The notes under the pieces are model-generated. The model saw only the letters and a list, made by a program, of their open reading frames with translations. It did no database searches and was not told the DNA's origin. A stretch of DNA of 51,471 nucleotides from Candidatus Thermofontivivens primus (GTDB taxonomy: Bacteria > Sysuimicrobiota > Sysuimicrobiia > Sysuimicrobiales > Thermofontiviventaceae), in contig JAVKJW010000016.1 of NCBI GenBank assembly GCA_031458695.1, forward strand, positions 1 to 51,471. Direction: 5' to 3'. This document shows, in pieces, positions 1 through 9,242 of this stretch (its first letter is position 1; each line of letters begins with the position of its first letter). The position numbers were made by a program, and so were the translations under genes.

Positions 1-366
1 GGCCAGCTAGAAACGCAGGGAGTTCGAGGCTTGGTGTCGGAAGCATGGGTACACGAAAGCAGAGGTAGACCCTTGGCCGGGATTGGGAGCAGATGATAAC
101 TTTCTACCGTTACCCCCACAGAACATTGGGTGCACCTCCGCACCACCAATATCGTGGAATCGCCTCTAGCGGCGCTCAGGCTACGGACGGATGCTGCCAA
201 GCGGACTAAGAAGGTGGAGCGGGCTCTAGGAGCGATCTGGAAGATGCTCATGGTAGCCCAGAAGAAGTTCCGAAGGCTTAACGCACCTGAGTTGCTGGCG
301 AAAGTCTACGCCGGGGTCCAGTATAAGGATGGGATCGAGGTGACGAGGGAGGAGGCCACCGCCTGA
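1..366 (+). pseudogene. IS256-family (Mutator-type) transposase, C-terminal fragment, frameshifted
   Basis: IS256-like peptide split over three frames: KRREFEAWCRKHGYTKA (from 11), TLGRDWEQMITFYRYP (69-116) and EHWVHLRTTNIVESP...QKKFRRLNAPELL (121-363). TAG at 8-10, final TGA at 364-366. The 5' part lies outside the window. Confidence 0.85.
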
Positions 367-372
367 TGCAAA

Positions 373-397
373 TTTACACACTTCGTGACGGAACCTC
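373..397. mobile_element. Right terminal inverted repeat of the IS256-family element
   Basis: tttacacacttcgtgacggaacctc follows the transposase stop. Its reverse complement GAGGTTCCGTCACGAAGTGTGTAAA resembles IS256 ends (GAGG..TGTCA..AAGTGTGTAAA). The partner IR is not in the window. Confidence 0.7.
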
Positions 398-713
398 TCG
401 CTGAGGTTTCGGGAGAAACAGATACAGTCCAAGCCTCCATCAGACTAAGGAGAAGTCCTACGTCTTCGAGCTTGCTGTCCGGCTCGGCCGCACCATCCTC
501 CGCCATCTGAGCCCTCAGCCGGAATACAATCAGCCCTCACCCTGATTTGGCTTGACCGGTCATCCTCGGCTTGGTCTTTGGCACAATCTGGATGATCTAT
601 GAGTATGTACGTAGTCATTTCTCCGGAAGCTGCCATTTGCAAAAACGCTTTGGGGAAAACCTGTCAGAAAACCGTGACTCTTCCTGTAGGGGGCATCCTG
701 ATAGGATTCTGGG

Positions 714-789
714 TGGGGTGGCCGACGGGACTTGAACCCGCAACCTCCAGAGCCACAGTCTGGCGCTCCACCCTTGAGCTACGGCCACC
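714..789 (-). tRNA. tRNA-His (GUG)
   Basis: Cloverleaf: G-1, acceptor GTGGCCG/CGGCCAC, D stem GCTC/GAGC, anticodon arm CCAGA-CT-GTG-GC-TCTGG, T arm GCGGG-TTCAAGT-CCCGT, discriminator C, encoded CCA. Confidence 0.96.
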
Positions 790-798
790 GTCTGCCCT

Positions 799-807
799 AT
801 TTTAGCA
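799..807 (-). promoter_or_regulatory. Extended -10 promoter element for tRNA-His
   Basis: TG-C-TAAAAT ends about 10 nt upstream of the tRNA 5' end. Confidence 0.5.
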
Positions 808-929
808 TACCCTGGCGTCCCCTGAGAAGGACGAAGGGAGCATCCTCTACCTGCTGCGCTCGCCTGAGTAGAGAGTTAGCAACCCATCCCTGGGAAGAAG
901 GAGAAGATCTCCCCAGAAGAAAGAGGGGA

Positions 930-938
930 TGGTATACT
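930..938 (+). promoter_or_regulatory. Extended -10 promoter element for the ccmG-ccmF cluster
   Basis: TG-G-TATACT lies 50 nt upstream of GTG 988. Confidence 0.5.
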
Positions 939-987
939 GGGTACCGTCGTTCACCTGATGTGGCTTAGTCCATTCGGGGAGGATGGC

Positions 988-1566
988 GTGCGGAAAGGGA
1001 AACTCCTGCTTGCGGTGGCTGTGACGCTTGGGATCGCCCTCGCCGGGTTTGGGGCCTGGCGTCTCCTGGTCCCCCAGGGCCCAGAACGGCAGACCAGGCG
1101 TATCCAGCGGGAGCTCTCCCCCGGTCCCCTCTCGGTTGCTCCCGATTTCACCCTCAAGACGTTCGAAGGTCGCACCCTCAGCCTGCGCAATCTTCTGGGT
1201 AAACCCATCGTGATGAACTTCTGGGCATCGTGGTGTGGTCCGTGTCAGCTTGAAGCCCGAAATCTGGAGAAGGCCTGGAAGGCCTTCCGCAATCGCGGAG
1301 TTGTCTTCCTGGGGGTCAACGTCGTCGACGATGAGGGGGACGCCAGGGAGTTCCTCAGGGCCTTCAAGGTCACCTACCCGAACGTCCGGGATCCCACCCA
1401 GCACGTGATGACGGCATACAGGGTGACTGCCCTCCCCACAACGATCTTTATCACAAGGGATGGGCGGATCCGGCGTACCTACCTCGGCGCCTTCCTGGGG
1501 GAGGAAGGATACCAGCGTCTCATCCAGTGGACAGAAGAGCTCCTCGAGGAGAAAGGGAATCGCTGA
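988..1566 (+). CDS. TlpA/ResA/CcmG-like membrane-anchored thiol-disulfide oxidoreductase
   Basis: N-terminal TM helix, [16 protein letters not shown] (CxxC) and cis-Pro motif ALPTT. GTG 988 follows GGAGG; the ORF track starts at 958. Confidence 0.9.
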   Translation: MRKGKLLLAVAVTLGIALAGFGAWRLLVPQGPERQTRRIQRELSPGPLSVAPDFTLKTFEGRTLSLRNLLGKPIVMNFWASWCGPCQLEARNLEKAWKAFRNRGVVFLGVNVVDDEGDAREFLRAFKVTYPNVRDPTQHVMTAYRVTALPTTIFITRDGRIRRTYLGAFLGEEGYQRLIQWTEELLEEKGNR

Positions 1567-1584
1567 GGAACAAGGAGTTGAGGT

Positions 1585-3579
1585 ATGACAGAGATCGGAG
1601 AGGCAGCACTCTGGTTAGGGCTCTTCACAGCATTGTACGCTGCCGTCACAGCTTTTTCCGGAGCCCGTAAGACGGAGGATCCGAAGGGTGAAAGGCTCCT
1701 AGCGAGCGCACGGAACGGTGTGTTCGTGCTCGCTGGGCTCCTTACTCTGGCGGTTTCCCTCCTCACATTGGCCTTCCTCACTCACGACTTCTCCATTGCT
1801 TATGTCGCCCGCAACCATAGCCGAAGTACTCCTCCCCTCTACACTCTCACGGGGCTCTGGGGTGGGCAAGCAGGTTCCCTCCTCGTTTGGACCTGGCTCC
1901 TCTCCCTATACAGCGCAGCGTTCACCCTCCGCCGGGACGGCAAGGACCGCCAGCTTGTGTATCCAGCGATTGGGGTTCTCATGGGGATGAGCGTCTTCTT
2001 CCTGCTGATCCTGATCTCGGTAGAGAATCCGTTCGCACGCCTTCCTAACCCTCCTGCAGATGGAAGAGGGCTCAACCCCCTCCTGGAAGACCCGGGGATG
2101 CTTATTCACCCTCCCCTCCTCTACCTCGGGTATATTGGTTTCGCTGTCCCTTACGCCATAGGGATGGCAGCCCTCATGGCCACGAGGACGGATCCTCAGT
2201 GGATCCGGGTCGCACGCCCTTGGGCGATGGTTGCCTGGATCTCCCTTGGGACGGGAATGGTTGCAGGCGGGTGGTGGGCATACCGCACATTAGGGTGGGG
2301 AGGCTACTGGGGGTGGGACCCCGTGGAGAACTCCGCGTTGATGCCCTGGCTCGTAGGGACTGCCTACCTCCACTCTGCCATGGTCCAGGAACGCCGGGGG
2401 ATGCTCGCGGCATGGAACGTGGCCCTGATCATCCTTACCTTCAGCTTGGCCATCCTGGGGACCTTCCTGACGCGTACCGGGATCGTCCTCTCCGTCCACT
2501 CGTTTGCCCAGTCAGCGATTGGGCCCTACTTCGTGAGCTTCCTCGGGATCTTGTTCGTGGGCTCCTTTGGCCTTTTCCTATGGCGCCTAGAGGACCTGCG
2601 CAGCCATGCTGAGCTTGAGTCCTTGGCCTCCCGGGAGTGCGCCTTCCTCCTGAACAACGTCCTCTTCCTGGGCATGGCGTTCGCCGTCTTGCTGGGAACG
2701 CTTTTCCCGATCCTCTCTGAGGCGTTGCAGGGTTCCAGGATCTCCGTCGGGGCACCCTACTACATACAGGTGATTGCTCCCTTTGGTCTTTTGTTGATCC
2801 TCCTCATGGGATTCGGGCACGTTCTCGCTTGGCGCAGGACCCCCTTCCAGGACCTCCTGGTGAAACTCCGCTGGCCTGTCGCTGCAGGATTCGTAGCGCT
2901 CATTGCTCTCTTCGTCTTGCTCCGGCGGCCGCTCGTGGTTCTCGCTCTGGCGACGGTGAGCTTCGCCCTTGGGACCGTCGTTCAGGAGTACCACGGAGCA
3001 GCCTCTCGTCGTAGCCGGGTGACGGGGGAATCTTACCTTCCCGCTCTCTGGAGGGCTGTGCTGCGACACCGTAGAAGGTACGGCGGCTATCTCGCCCACG
3101 CCGCCTTCCTCATCATGGTAGTGGGGATCATTGGGAGCCACGCCTATGTAACGGAACGCCAAGCGACCCTCTCGCCTGCTGGCTCGCTACAGGTCGGCCG
3201 GTATACCCTCATCTACCGCGCAATGGAACAAGCGCGGACAGATACATCGGAAGGAGTCGCGGCGGTGGTAGAGGTCCAAGGGGATGGCGGCAATTTCTTG
3301 ATGAGGCCCAAGCGCATGTTCTACCCGAGTTTCCAGCAATTCCTGAGCAAGCCTGCAGTCCACTCCTCATGGAGGGAAGACCTCTATGTGGTTCTCGAGA
3401 ACGTCTCCCCAGAAGGGAAAGCCACGTTCCGAATCTGGATTAACCCCCTCGTGCGTTGGATCTGGCTCGGTGGCCTGATCTTCCTCTTCGGGTCTGGTTT
3501 CGCTGCATGGCCCGAAGCTCGTTCGATGGAAAAAAGATGGGAGGGGGATACCATACAGCCTTCTGCCGCCACGGATTGA
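1585..3579 (+). CDS. ccmF: Cytochrome c biogenesis heme lyase CcmF/NrfE
   Basis: WGGQAGS, GLNPLL, IHPPLLYLGY, WWD motif WGGYWGWDPVENSALMPW, SVHSFA, C-terminal NPLVRWIW; many TM helices. Confidence 0.95.
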   Translation: MTEIGEAALWLGLFTALYAAVTAFSGARKTEDPKGERLLASARNGVFVLAGLLTLAVSLLTLAFLTHDFSIAYVARNHSRSTPPLYTLTGLWGGQAGSLLVWTWLLSLYSAAFTLRRDGKDRQLVYPAIGVLMGMSVFFLLILISVENPFARLPNPPADGRGLNPLLEDPGMLIHPPLLYLGYIGFAVPYAIGMAALMATRTDPQWIRVARPWAMVAWISLGTGMVAGGWWAYRTLGWGGYWGWDPVENSALMPWLVGTAYLHSAMVQERRGMLAAWNVALIILTFSLAILGTFLTRTGIVLSVHSFAQSAIGPYFVSFLGILFVGSFGLFLWRLEDLRSHAELESLASRECAFLLNNVLFLGMAFAVLLGTLFPILSEALQGSRISVGAPYYIQVIAPFGLLLILLMGFGHVLAWRRTPFQDLLVKLRWPVAAGFVALIALFVLLRRPLVVLALATVSFALGTVVQEYHGAASRRSRVTGESYLPALWRAVLRHRRRYGGYLAHAAFLIMVVGIIGSHAYVTERQATLSPAGSLQVGRYTLIYRAMEQARTDTSEGVAAVVEVQGDGGNFLMRPKRMFYPSFQQFLSKPAVHSSWREDLYVVLENVSPEGKATFRIWINPLVRWIWLGGLIFLFGSGFAAWPEARSMEKRWEGDTIQPSAATD

Positions 3580-3586
3580 GTGAATC

Positions 3587-4309
3587 ATGGGGCGTCCACT
3601 TGCCGCCTTCCTGACAATCCTCCTCGGGGGAGCCATCCTCTTTCCAAGTAGTCCTGACAAAATTTCTGAAACGTTGCCAGGCTCCATTGCTTTGGGAGCC
3701 CCACCCGGGGCACCTTCAGACCATTGGCGCATCCCCTTCCGGATCGTCCTCATCCAAGAGGCCAGTCGGGGAGCGCTGCATATCCGGGAAATCTTGACCC
3801 TCGCCCCGGCGGACGGCACGCCAGGGGAACAGGAGACCGTGCTCTTCCCTCTCCCCCAAAGGGCCAGGAAGGTCTCCGTGGTACGCGGGGGCCAGACTGT
3901 CATGTTGATGGAAAAGGAGATGGTGATCTACCGCATCTCTACGACCTCGTATCCTATCGAGACCGTATTGGATTACGAAGTTCCCTACCGCTGGAGGACG
4001 GCGATCCTCCAGTTCCCTGTGCAATACCCCACGGGGAGCTTCGACCTGTTTGTCCCCTCAGGGTTCAGGGTGAAAAGCCCGCAGTTGGCGAGGAAATCTC
4101 CGCGGATCATCCGGGGCCAGTGGATTGAGCGGTACACGGCGGAGAAACTTCGTCCTGGCCCTCCTGTAGTCGTCTCCCTCTCAGGATTGCCGTTACCAAC
4201 AAGGGACCTGGCCATCAGAGGAGGAATCCTCCTGATGGCCCTCGCCGTGATGATCATCCTGGCCGCCCCCTGGCTAGGGGAAATGAGAAAAGAACTCCTC
4301 AAGCGCTAG
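3587..4309 (+). CDS. Hypothetical exported protein with C-terminal membrane anchor
   Basis: Signal-like N-terminus, beta-rich middle and one C-terminal TM helix; starts 7 nt after ccmF. No recognisable catalytic motif. Confidence 0.7.
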   Translation: MGRPLAAFLTILLGGAILFPSSPDKISETLPGSIALGAPPGAPSDHWRIPFRIVLIQEASRGALHIREILTLAPADGTPGEQETVLFPLPQRARKVSVVRGGQTVMLMEKEMVIYRISTTSYPIETVLDYEVPYRWRTAILQFPVQYPTGSFDLFVPSGFRVKSPQLARKSPRIIRGQWIERYTAEKLRPGPPVVVSLSGLPLPTRDLAIRGGILLMALAVMIILAAPWLGEMRKELLKR

Positions 4310-4345
4310 GGAAGCGGAGGGACCGCCCAGGGAGAGGGAGGGGAG

Positions 4346-5197
4346 ATGGGGATGCCCACGTGGATGTACGCCTTTTTGGAAAGGACGTTCGGGCGGATCG
4401 TAACCATTGCGGTCATCCTTGTAGGAGTGAAGTTCCTCCTGGATGCCGTGGAGTTCTCTGTCCGTACAGTGCTCTCCCTTGATGCCCGTCTCCCAAGACC
4501 TGTCCTTCAGAGCCGCAAGCGCACGCGCACCCTCCTTCACCTCGTCGTGAGCATGATCCGCTACATTCTTTACTTCTTGGCGTTAGGTCTGATCTTGAGG
4601 GAACTCCACGTTCCGATTGGGGCGTACCTGGCAGGTGTCTCCCTGATCGGGCTTGCCGTTGCCTTCGGGGCCCAGGGGCTGGTCCAGGACCTCGTCAGCG
4701 GCCTGTTCATCCTTCTAGAAAACCAGTTCTCCGTTGGGGATATGGTCGAGGTGGCGGGGAAAATTGGACTTGTCGAGGACATGGGGCTCCGCTACGTTCT
4801 GCTCCGGGATTTCAGCGGGGAGGTCCTGTATATCCCCAACCGGTCCATCGTGATGGCCGGGAGGTACCTCCTGGGCTCTGCGCAGGCATGGGTAGACCTT
4901 CCCCTCCCTGATCCAATGGAGCTCCCCGCCCTTGAGGGGGCGTCGAAGCAAGTAGCCACGACTCTCCAGACCCTCTACCCTGAAGCCTTCCGTGGAATGA
5001 GGATCGAGGGAGTCAGGGAGCTCCCTGATGGGACCCGGATATGGCGAGCCACAGTGTGGTTCTGGCCGGGGCAGTCCTGGGTGGTAGAGCGGGAATTCGT
5101 CCCCCGTTTGATCCGGTTGATTACGGAGAGAGGGGGAGCCATCCCCGCAGACCGCCTCGCCGTAACCTACTATGGGGGCCAAACGAGCGGGGTATAG
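4346..5197 (+). CDS. Small-conductance mechanosensitive channel (MscS family)
   Basis: GLAVAFGAQGLVQDLVSGLFILLENQFSVGDMVEV...G.VEDMGLR...YIPN signature. Confidence 0.9.
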   Translation: MGMPTWMYAFLERTFGRIVTIAVILVGVKFLLDAVEFSVRTVLSLDARLPRPVLQSRKRTRTLLHLVVSMIRYILYFLALGLILRELHVPIGAYLAGVSLIGLAVAFGAQGLVQDLVSGLFILLENQFSVGDMVEVAGKIGLVEDMGLRYVLLRDFSGEVLYIPNRSIVMAGRYLLGSAQAWVDLPLPDPMELPALEGASKQVATTLQTLYPEAFRGMRIEGVRELPDGTRIWRATVWFWPGQSWVVEREFVPRLIRLITERGGAIPADRLAVTYYGGQTSGV

Positions 5198-5217
5198 AGA
5201 AGGATCAGGGGAATGCA

Positions 5218-5943
5218 ATGGATCCAGTCCTGAAGGTAACCAACCTAACCAAAGTGTTCAATGGTCTCAGAGCCGTCGACGGGATTTCGTTTGAAGTGGC
5301 AAGGGGTGAGATCGTCGGAGTGCTGGGCCCCAATGGGGCAGGAAAGACCACCACGATCGCCATGATCTTGGGCCTCCTCACCCCTACTGCAGGCACCATT
5401 CAGGTACTGGGGATGTCTATGCCCCAGGAGCGGCAACGGATCCTGGCTAGAGTGAACTTCAGCTCCCCCTACGTGGCCATGCCCTACAACCTCACCGTCC
5501 TTGAGAACCTGCTCGTGTTCGCCCACTTATATGGCGTGCAAGCGCCTGGGAAAAAGATCCGCGAGCTCCTGGAGATCTTCGGCCTCTCCACCCACTCCCA
5601 CCAGCTAACGGGGAGGCTCTCCTCTGGGGAGGCCACGCGCCTCGGGCTTGTCAAAGCCCTCCTCAACGACCCGGAGATTCTGTTCCTCGATGAGCCTACA
5701 GCGAGCTTGGATCCAGACGCCGCCGAGCACGTGCGGCAAACCCTGCTGCGTATTCAGCAGGAGCGGGGTATGACCCTGGTCTACACTTCCCACAACATGC
5801 AAGAGGTGGAGCGCCTCTCCCACCGGATCATCTTCCTGCACCGAGGGAGGATCATCGCAGAGGGATCGCCAGCAGAGGTACTCCGACGATTCCAGCAGGA
5901 GTCCCTCGAGCAGCTCTTCCTGGAGGTGGCGAGGAAACAATGA
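5218..5943 (+). CDS. ABC-2 type exporter, ATP-binding subunit
   Basis: Walker A GPNGAGKTT, signature LSSGE, Walker B LFLDEPT, H-loop TSH. ATG 5218 chosen over the ORF-track start 5041. Confidence 0.92.
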   Translation: MDPVLKVTNLTKVFNGLRAVDGISFEVARGEIVGVLGPNGAGKTTTIAMILGLLTPTAGTIQVLGMSMPQERQRILARVNFSSPYVAMPYNLTVLENLLVFAHLYGVQAPGKKIRELLEIFGLSTHSHQLTGRLSSGEATRLGLVKALLNDPEILFLDEPTASLDPDAAEHVRQTLLRIQQERGMTLVYTSHNMQEVERLSHRIIFLHRGRIIAEGSPAEVLRRFQQESLEQLFLEVARKQ

Positions 5944-6731
5944 GCGCCAAGCGTATTGCTGGGCTACTGCTGCGGCACCTCTACCTCTACCGCCGGAGCC
6001 TCACCCGGATGCTTGAGGTAGCCTACTGGCCCGTCATGGATCTCCTTGTGTGGGGGTTTGTCAGTCTGTATATCGCACAGGTCCCGGCTAAACTCCCCCC
6101 AGTCATCGGCTTCTTCCTCGGGGCGATGATCTTCTGGGACATCTTCTACCGAGCACAACAAGCCATCGCCATCTCCTTCCTGGAGGACGTGTGGGCCCGT
6201 AACCTCATCAACCTTTTCATTACTCCCCTCTCCGTGGGGGAGTTTCTGACTGCCACCATGATCCTTGGAATTCTCAAGGTCACCGTCACGAGCCTCCTCC
6301 TTGTCGTATTGGCCCTCTCCCTCTACCATTTCAACCTTTTCCACCTTGGTCTCTCCCTGATCCCCCTGGTTGCGAACCTTATCCTTACAGGATGGTGGGT
6401 GGGGATTTTGACAACGGGGTTGATCTTGCGTTTCGGCCAGGGCGCAGAGAGTTTGGCTTGGGCGCTGGCATTTCTCTTCCAGCCGTTCTCAGCCGTCTTC
6501 TATCCCCTCTCCGTCCTCCCCCCACTAGTCCAAGTGGTCGGCTGGTACCTTCCCACCACCCACGTCTTCGAGGGGATGCGCCAGATCATTGCCGGGGGAG
6601 GACTCTCCTGGGCGCACCTCGCCTGGGCAACGGGATTGAACGTCATTTACCTGTTCGCGGCGATGGGCATTTTCCAGTGGGCGATGGCAGTTGCTCGACG
6701 CCTGGGCCTTTTGCTCCGTGTAGAGGGGTGA
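5940..6731 (+). CDS. ABC-2 type exporter permease
   Basis: Six TM helices, SAVFYPLSVLP and LPTTHVFEGMR motifs; ATGA overlap with the ATPase gene. Confidence 0.9.
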   Translation: MSAKRIAGLLLRHLYLYRRSLTRMLEVAYWPVMDLLVWGFVSLYIAQVPAKLPPVIGFFLGAMIFWDIFYRAQQAIAISFLEDVWARNLINLFITPLSVGEFLTATMILGILKVTVTSLLLVVLALSLYHFNLFHLGLSLIPLVANLILTGWWVGILTTGLILRFGQGAESLAWALAFLFQPFSAVFYPLSVLPPLVQVVGWYLPTTHVFEGMRQIIAGGGLSWAHLAWATGLNVIYLFAAMGIFQWAMAVARRLGLLLRVEG

Positions 6732-6738
6732 GGGGTCC

Positions 6739-7101
6739 TTAGACCTCGAAGGCGTTAGGGATATGGTCGATGGAATGGATCCGGCCATCTGTCCCGAGGA
6801 GCACCGAGACTACATCGAACCGGCAGGGGCTCCCATGGAGATTATGGGTGAGGAGATAGTACTGGGCAAGCCGCGCGAGTTTCCTCTGCTTCCCTCGTCC
6901 CACCGCCTCAAGTGGGTCCCCGAACTCCTCCGTGCTCCGGGACTTCACCTCCACAAAGATCACAGTCGCCCCTTCGCGCGCAACGATGTCTAGCTCTCCT
7001 AGGGCGCAGCGGAAGTTTCGACAAAGGATCTTGTACCCCCGGCGGCGTAGAAGCTCTAGTGCTGCTTCTTCCCCCAGTGTGCCTAGCATCTTCTTATCCA
7101 C
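6739..7101 (-). CDS. yraN: YraN family (UPF0102) putative endonuclease
   Basis: LG..GEE.A, GY.IL.RNFR, GELDIVA, FVEVKSR, CRFDVV and HIPNAF motifs. Confidence 0.92.
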   Translation of the reverse strand: MDKKMLGTLGEEAALELLRRRGYKILCRNFRCALGELDIVAREGATVIFVEVKSRSTEEFGDPLEAVGRGKQRKLARLAQYYLLTHNLHGSPCRFDVVSVLLGTDGRIHSIDHIPNAFEV

Positions 7102-8305
7102 GTTTGCCCCCCTTGGACTGATGGGCCTGTAGGAACTTCATGCGGACCTCCTGGAGGTATCCGATCCCCAAGAGCATGAGCCAGCCTGTGAGCAGCAACA
7201 GGGCGCCTCCCAGGAATAACCCGCGTTCTGATCGCCCGTGGATGGATAAGAGGAGAGCCAGGGCCAAAGCGTACAGGGCAGTCCAGAACATCGCCGGGCC
7301 GGTCAGCCGGAGGAGCCCAAGAGTTAGGCTTGTCCACACCTCCAGGCGACGGAACAGCCCAATTAACCCCACAGTCATGGTAAGGTAGATGCCGAGGGCA
7401 AGGAAGAGAATCGCTCCGAGGTCAGAGAGGAGTGGCTGACGGAGGAACCTCACGACTGCCAGGGAGAGGCTACGAAGCAACTCGGCAATGACGATGAACG
7501 AAGCCATGGGAAGAACATACCCCACAAGAACATCCGCAGCGGAGAGGAGGATTCCCCAGAAAACCAAAGGGGATTCCAGCGCGAGGCCACGGGCGAATCC
7601 CACGAAATATGAAGAGATCTGGGGGGCCCAATGTCTCCTTGGGATGGATCTCCTCATCCCCCGGCGCACGCCCTCGACAACGGACCGGAACACAACGAGA
7701 CCGAAACCCCATATCACAACGACCCATAGAACAGAAGCCACCTTTGATCCTTTGCCGGCGAGGAGGATTAAAGGGATGGCTAAGGATCCCACGATCACAC
7801 CGCCGCTGAGGAGTGCATCGTAGACCACGTCAGGCCATCGCGGGTGGGTAACGTCGAGGGTTGTCATCACGAGCCCAGCGATGACGAAGCTCAGGGCTGC
7901 GAGGAGATCCACGGCGAAATCCGCTGGTGGCCAAGGCTTCCGTGCGTAGAGCCCGGTAAGGGAAAAAGCCAACCCCATGGAGAGCAGAGCGGCAATGGCA
8001 AGGGTGGCATAGGCAATCATCCTATCCAAAGGCATGCTGCGGAAAGTCAGAAGGACCCACAGCCCCCAGCTCAACAGGGAGAGAAAAAGGTACACCGGCC
8101 ACGCAACCCCAAAGATGGTTGCGCCCACCAAAGAGAGGAGCCCAGCGAGCCACAGTGTGGCAATCCCAATCCCGTTTAAGGGAAGGAAGAGAGCTTGACA
8201 CCGAGGGCACACCAGATCGGTGGAGAGCAGTTGTCCTCTGCACCTCGCCTGTGCGCAACGTCGCACATGGATCTTCGCAGACGCGTGGAGGAGACCGCCC
8301 CACAT
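7094..8305 (-). CDS. Hypothetical polytopic membrane protein with N-terminal Cys4 (zinc-ribbon-like) motif
   Basis: 403-aa ORF with CAQARC-x10-CPRC followed by about 10 hydrophobic segments. It fills the rnhB-yraN gap and overlaps the yraN start. Confidence 0.7.
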   Translation of the reverse strand: MWGGLLHASAKIHVRRCAQARCRGQLLSTDLVCPRCQALFLPLNGIGIATLWLAGLLSLVGATIFGVAWPVYLFLSLLSWGLWVLLTFRSMPLDRMIAYATLAIAALLSMGLAFSLTGLYARKPWPPADFAVDLLAALSFVIAGLVMTTLDVTHPRWPDVVYDALLSGGVIVGSLAIPLILLAGKGSKVASVLWVVVIWGFGLVVFRSVVEGVRRGMRRSIPRRHWAPQISSYFVGFARGLALESPLVFWGILLSAADVLVGYVLPMASFIVIAELLRSLSLAVVRFLRQPLLSDLGAILFLALGIYLTMTVGLIGLFRRLEVWTSLTLGLLRLTGPAMFWTALYALALALLLSIHGRSERGLFLGGALLLLTGWLMLLGIGYLQEVRMKFLQAHQSKGGKRG

Positions 8306-8316
8306 CGGGATCAGAA

Positions 8317-8353
8317 CCTCTCACCCTCCGCCCTCCCCGGCCAGGGGAGAGGG
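8317..8353. repeat. Short palindromic CCCTCACCC..CCCTC.CCC..GGGAGAGGG-type element fused to the rnhB 3' end
   Basis: cctctcaccctccgccctccccggccaggggagaggg; read in the rnhB frame as [14 protein letters not shown]. Confidence 0.55.
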
Positions 8354-9133
8354 AAGAAACGGGAGGGCACGAAGGAACGACCTCCTGTGAACAGGGGAAG
8401 GACCAAACCGTTCCAGGGCTTGGAGGTGTTCTTTGGTCCCGTACCCCTTGTGAGAAGCAAACCCATACTGGGGAAACCTTTGGTGGAGCTCCTCCATGAG
8501 ACGATCGCGTGTCACTTTGCTAACCACAGAAGCGGCGGCTGCACAAGCGACAAGGGCATCGGCATCCACCACAGTCAGCACAGGCATAGGGAGGTTCAAG
8601 GAAACCCTGCCGTCCAGGATGACGAGGTCTGGAGGTGGGGAGAGCTGCGCGACAGCGCGCCGCCAGGCAAGTCGCGTCGCCTCCATGATCCCGTACTGCT
8701 CGATCTCCTCCACCTCGGCCATCCCCACACCCACCGCAACGGCTGTGGCCATAATGGCTTCGTAGACCTTCTCCCGCGCGCGAGGGGACAATTTCTTGGA
8801 GTCGTTCAGACCGGGAATCTCGCACCTCTCAGGGAGGATGACCGCGCTCGCGACCACAGGGCCCGCGAGGGGTCCGCGCCCCGCCTCATCCACCCCTGCG
8901 ATCCAACGGTATCCCTCCTGGCGTTTCAACTGTTCCAAATGAAACAGGGCGTGGAGGCGATCCCGCTCCTTCCGTTGCTGCTCTAAGCGTTTCCTCCACC
9001 GCTCTGCTATGAACCGCACGCTCGCTCTGGGATCCCGAGAAAGCCGAGCCAGTAAGGTCTCGCTGATCTCAGGGAGCTGGCGAAGGGATTCTTCAATCTC
9101 CCGAACGCTCAGGTCGCTCAGATCCAGACCCAT
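8321..9133 (-). CDS. rnhB: Ribonuclease HII
   Basis: [43 protein letters not shown] and HRRSF motifs, with a Bacillota-type N-terminal extension. Start placed at ATG 9133. Confidence 0.95.
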   Translation of the reverse strand: MGLDLSDLSVREIEESLRQLPEISETLLARLSRDPRASVRFIAERWRKRLEQQRKERDRLHALFHLEQLKRQEGYRWIAGVDEAGRGPLAGPVVASAVILPERCEIPGLNDSKKLSPRAREKVYEAIMATAVAVGVGMAEVEEIEQYGIMEATRLAWRRAVAQLSPPPDLVILDGRVSLNLPMPVLTVVDADALVACAAAASVVSKVTRDRLMEELHQRFPQYGFASHKGYGTKEHLQALERFGPSPVHRRSFLRALPFLPSPLAGEGGG

Positions 9134-9156
9134 GGCGCTTTGGCTTCCCCTCGATC

Positions 9157-9187
9157 CCCTGGCAAAAATCTTTTGACGTTCCCAGGG
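9157..9187. repeat. Dispersed ~30-bp intergenic palindrome, copy A
   Basis: ccctggcaaaaatcttttgacgttcccaggg; resembles copies at 34347, 37552 and 50030. Confidence 0.5.
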
Positions 9188-9242
9188 CACCCCTCCTAGG
9201 AATGTGTGGAGCACTTGTGGGGTGCGCAACATCACAGGTTTC

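Noticed and set aside
5218..6731. ABC pair as CcmA/CcmB
   Set aside because: The motifs fit a generic ABC-2 exporter; no CcmB-like features, and MscS separates it from ccmF.
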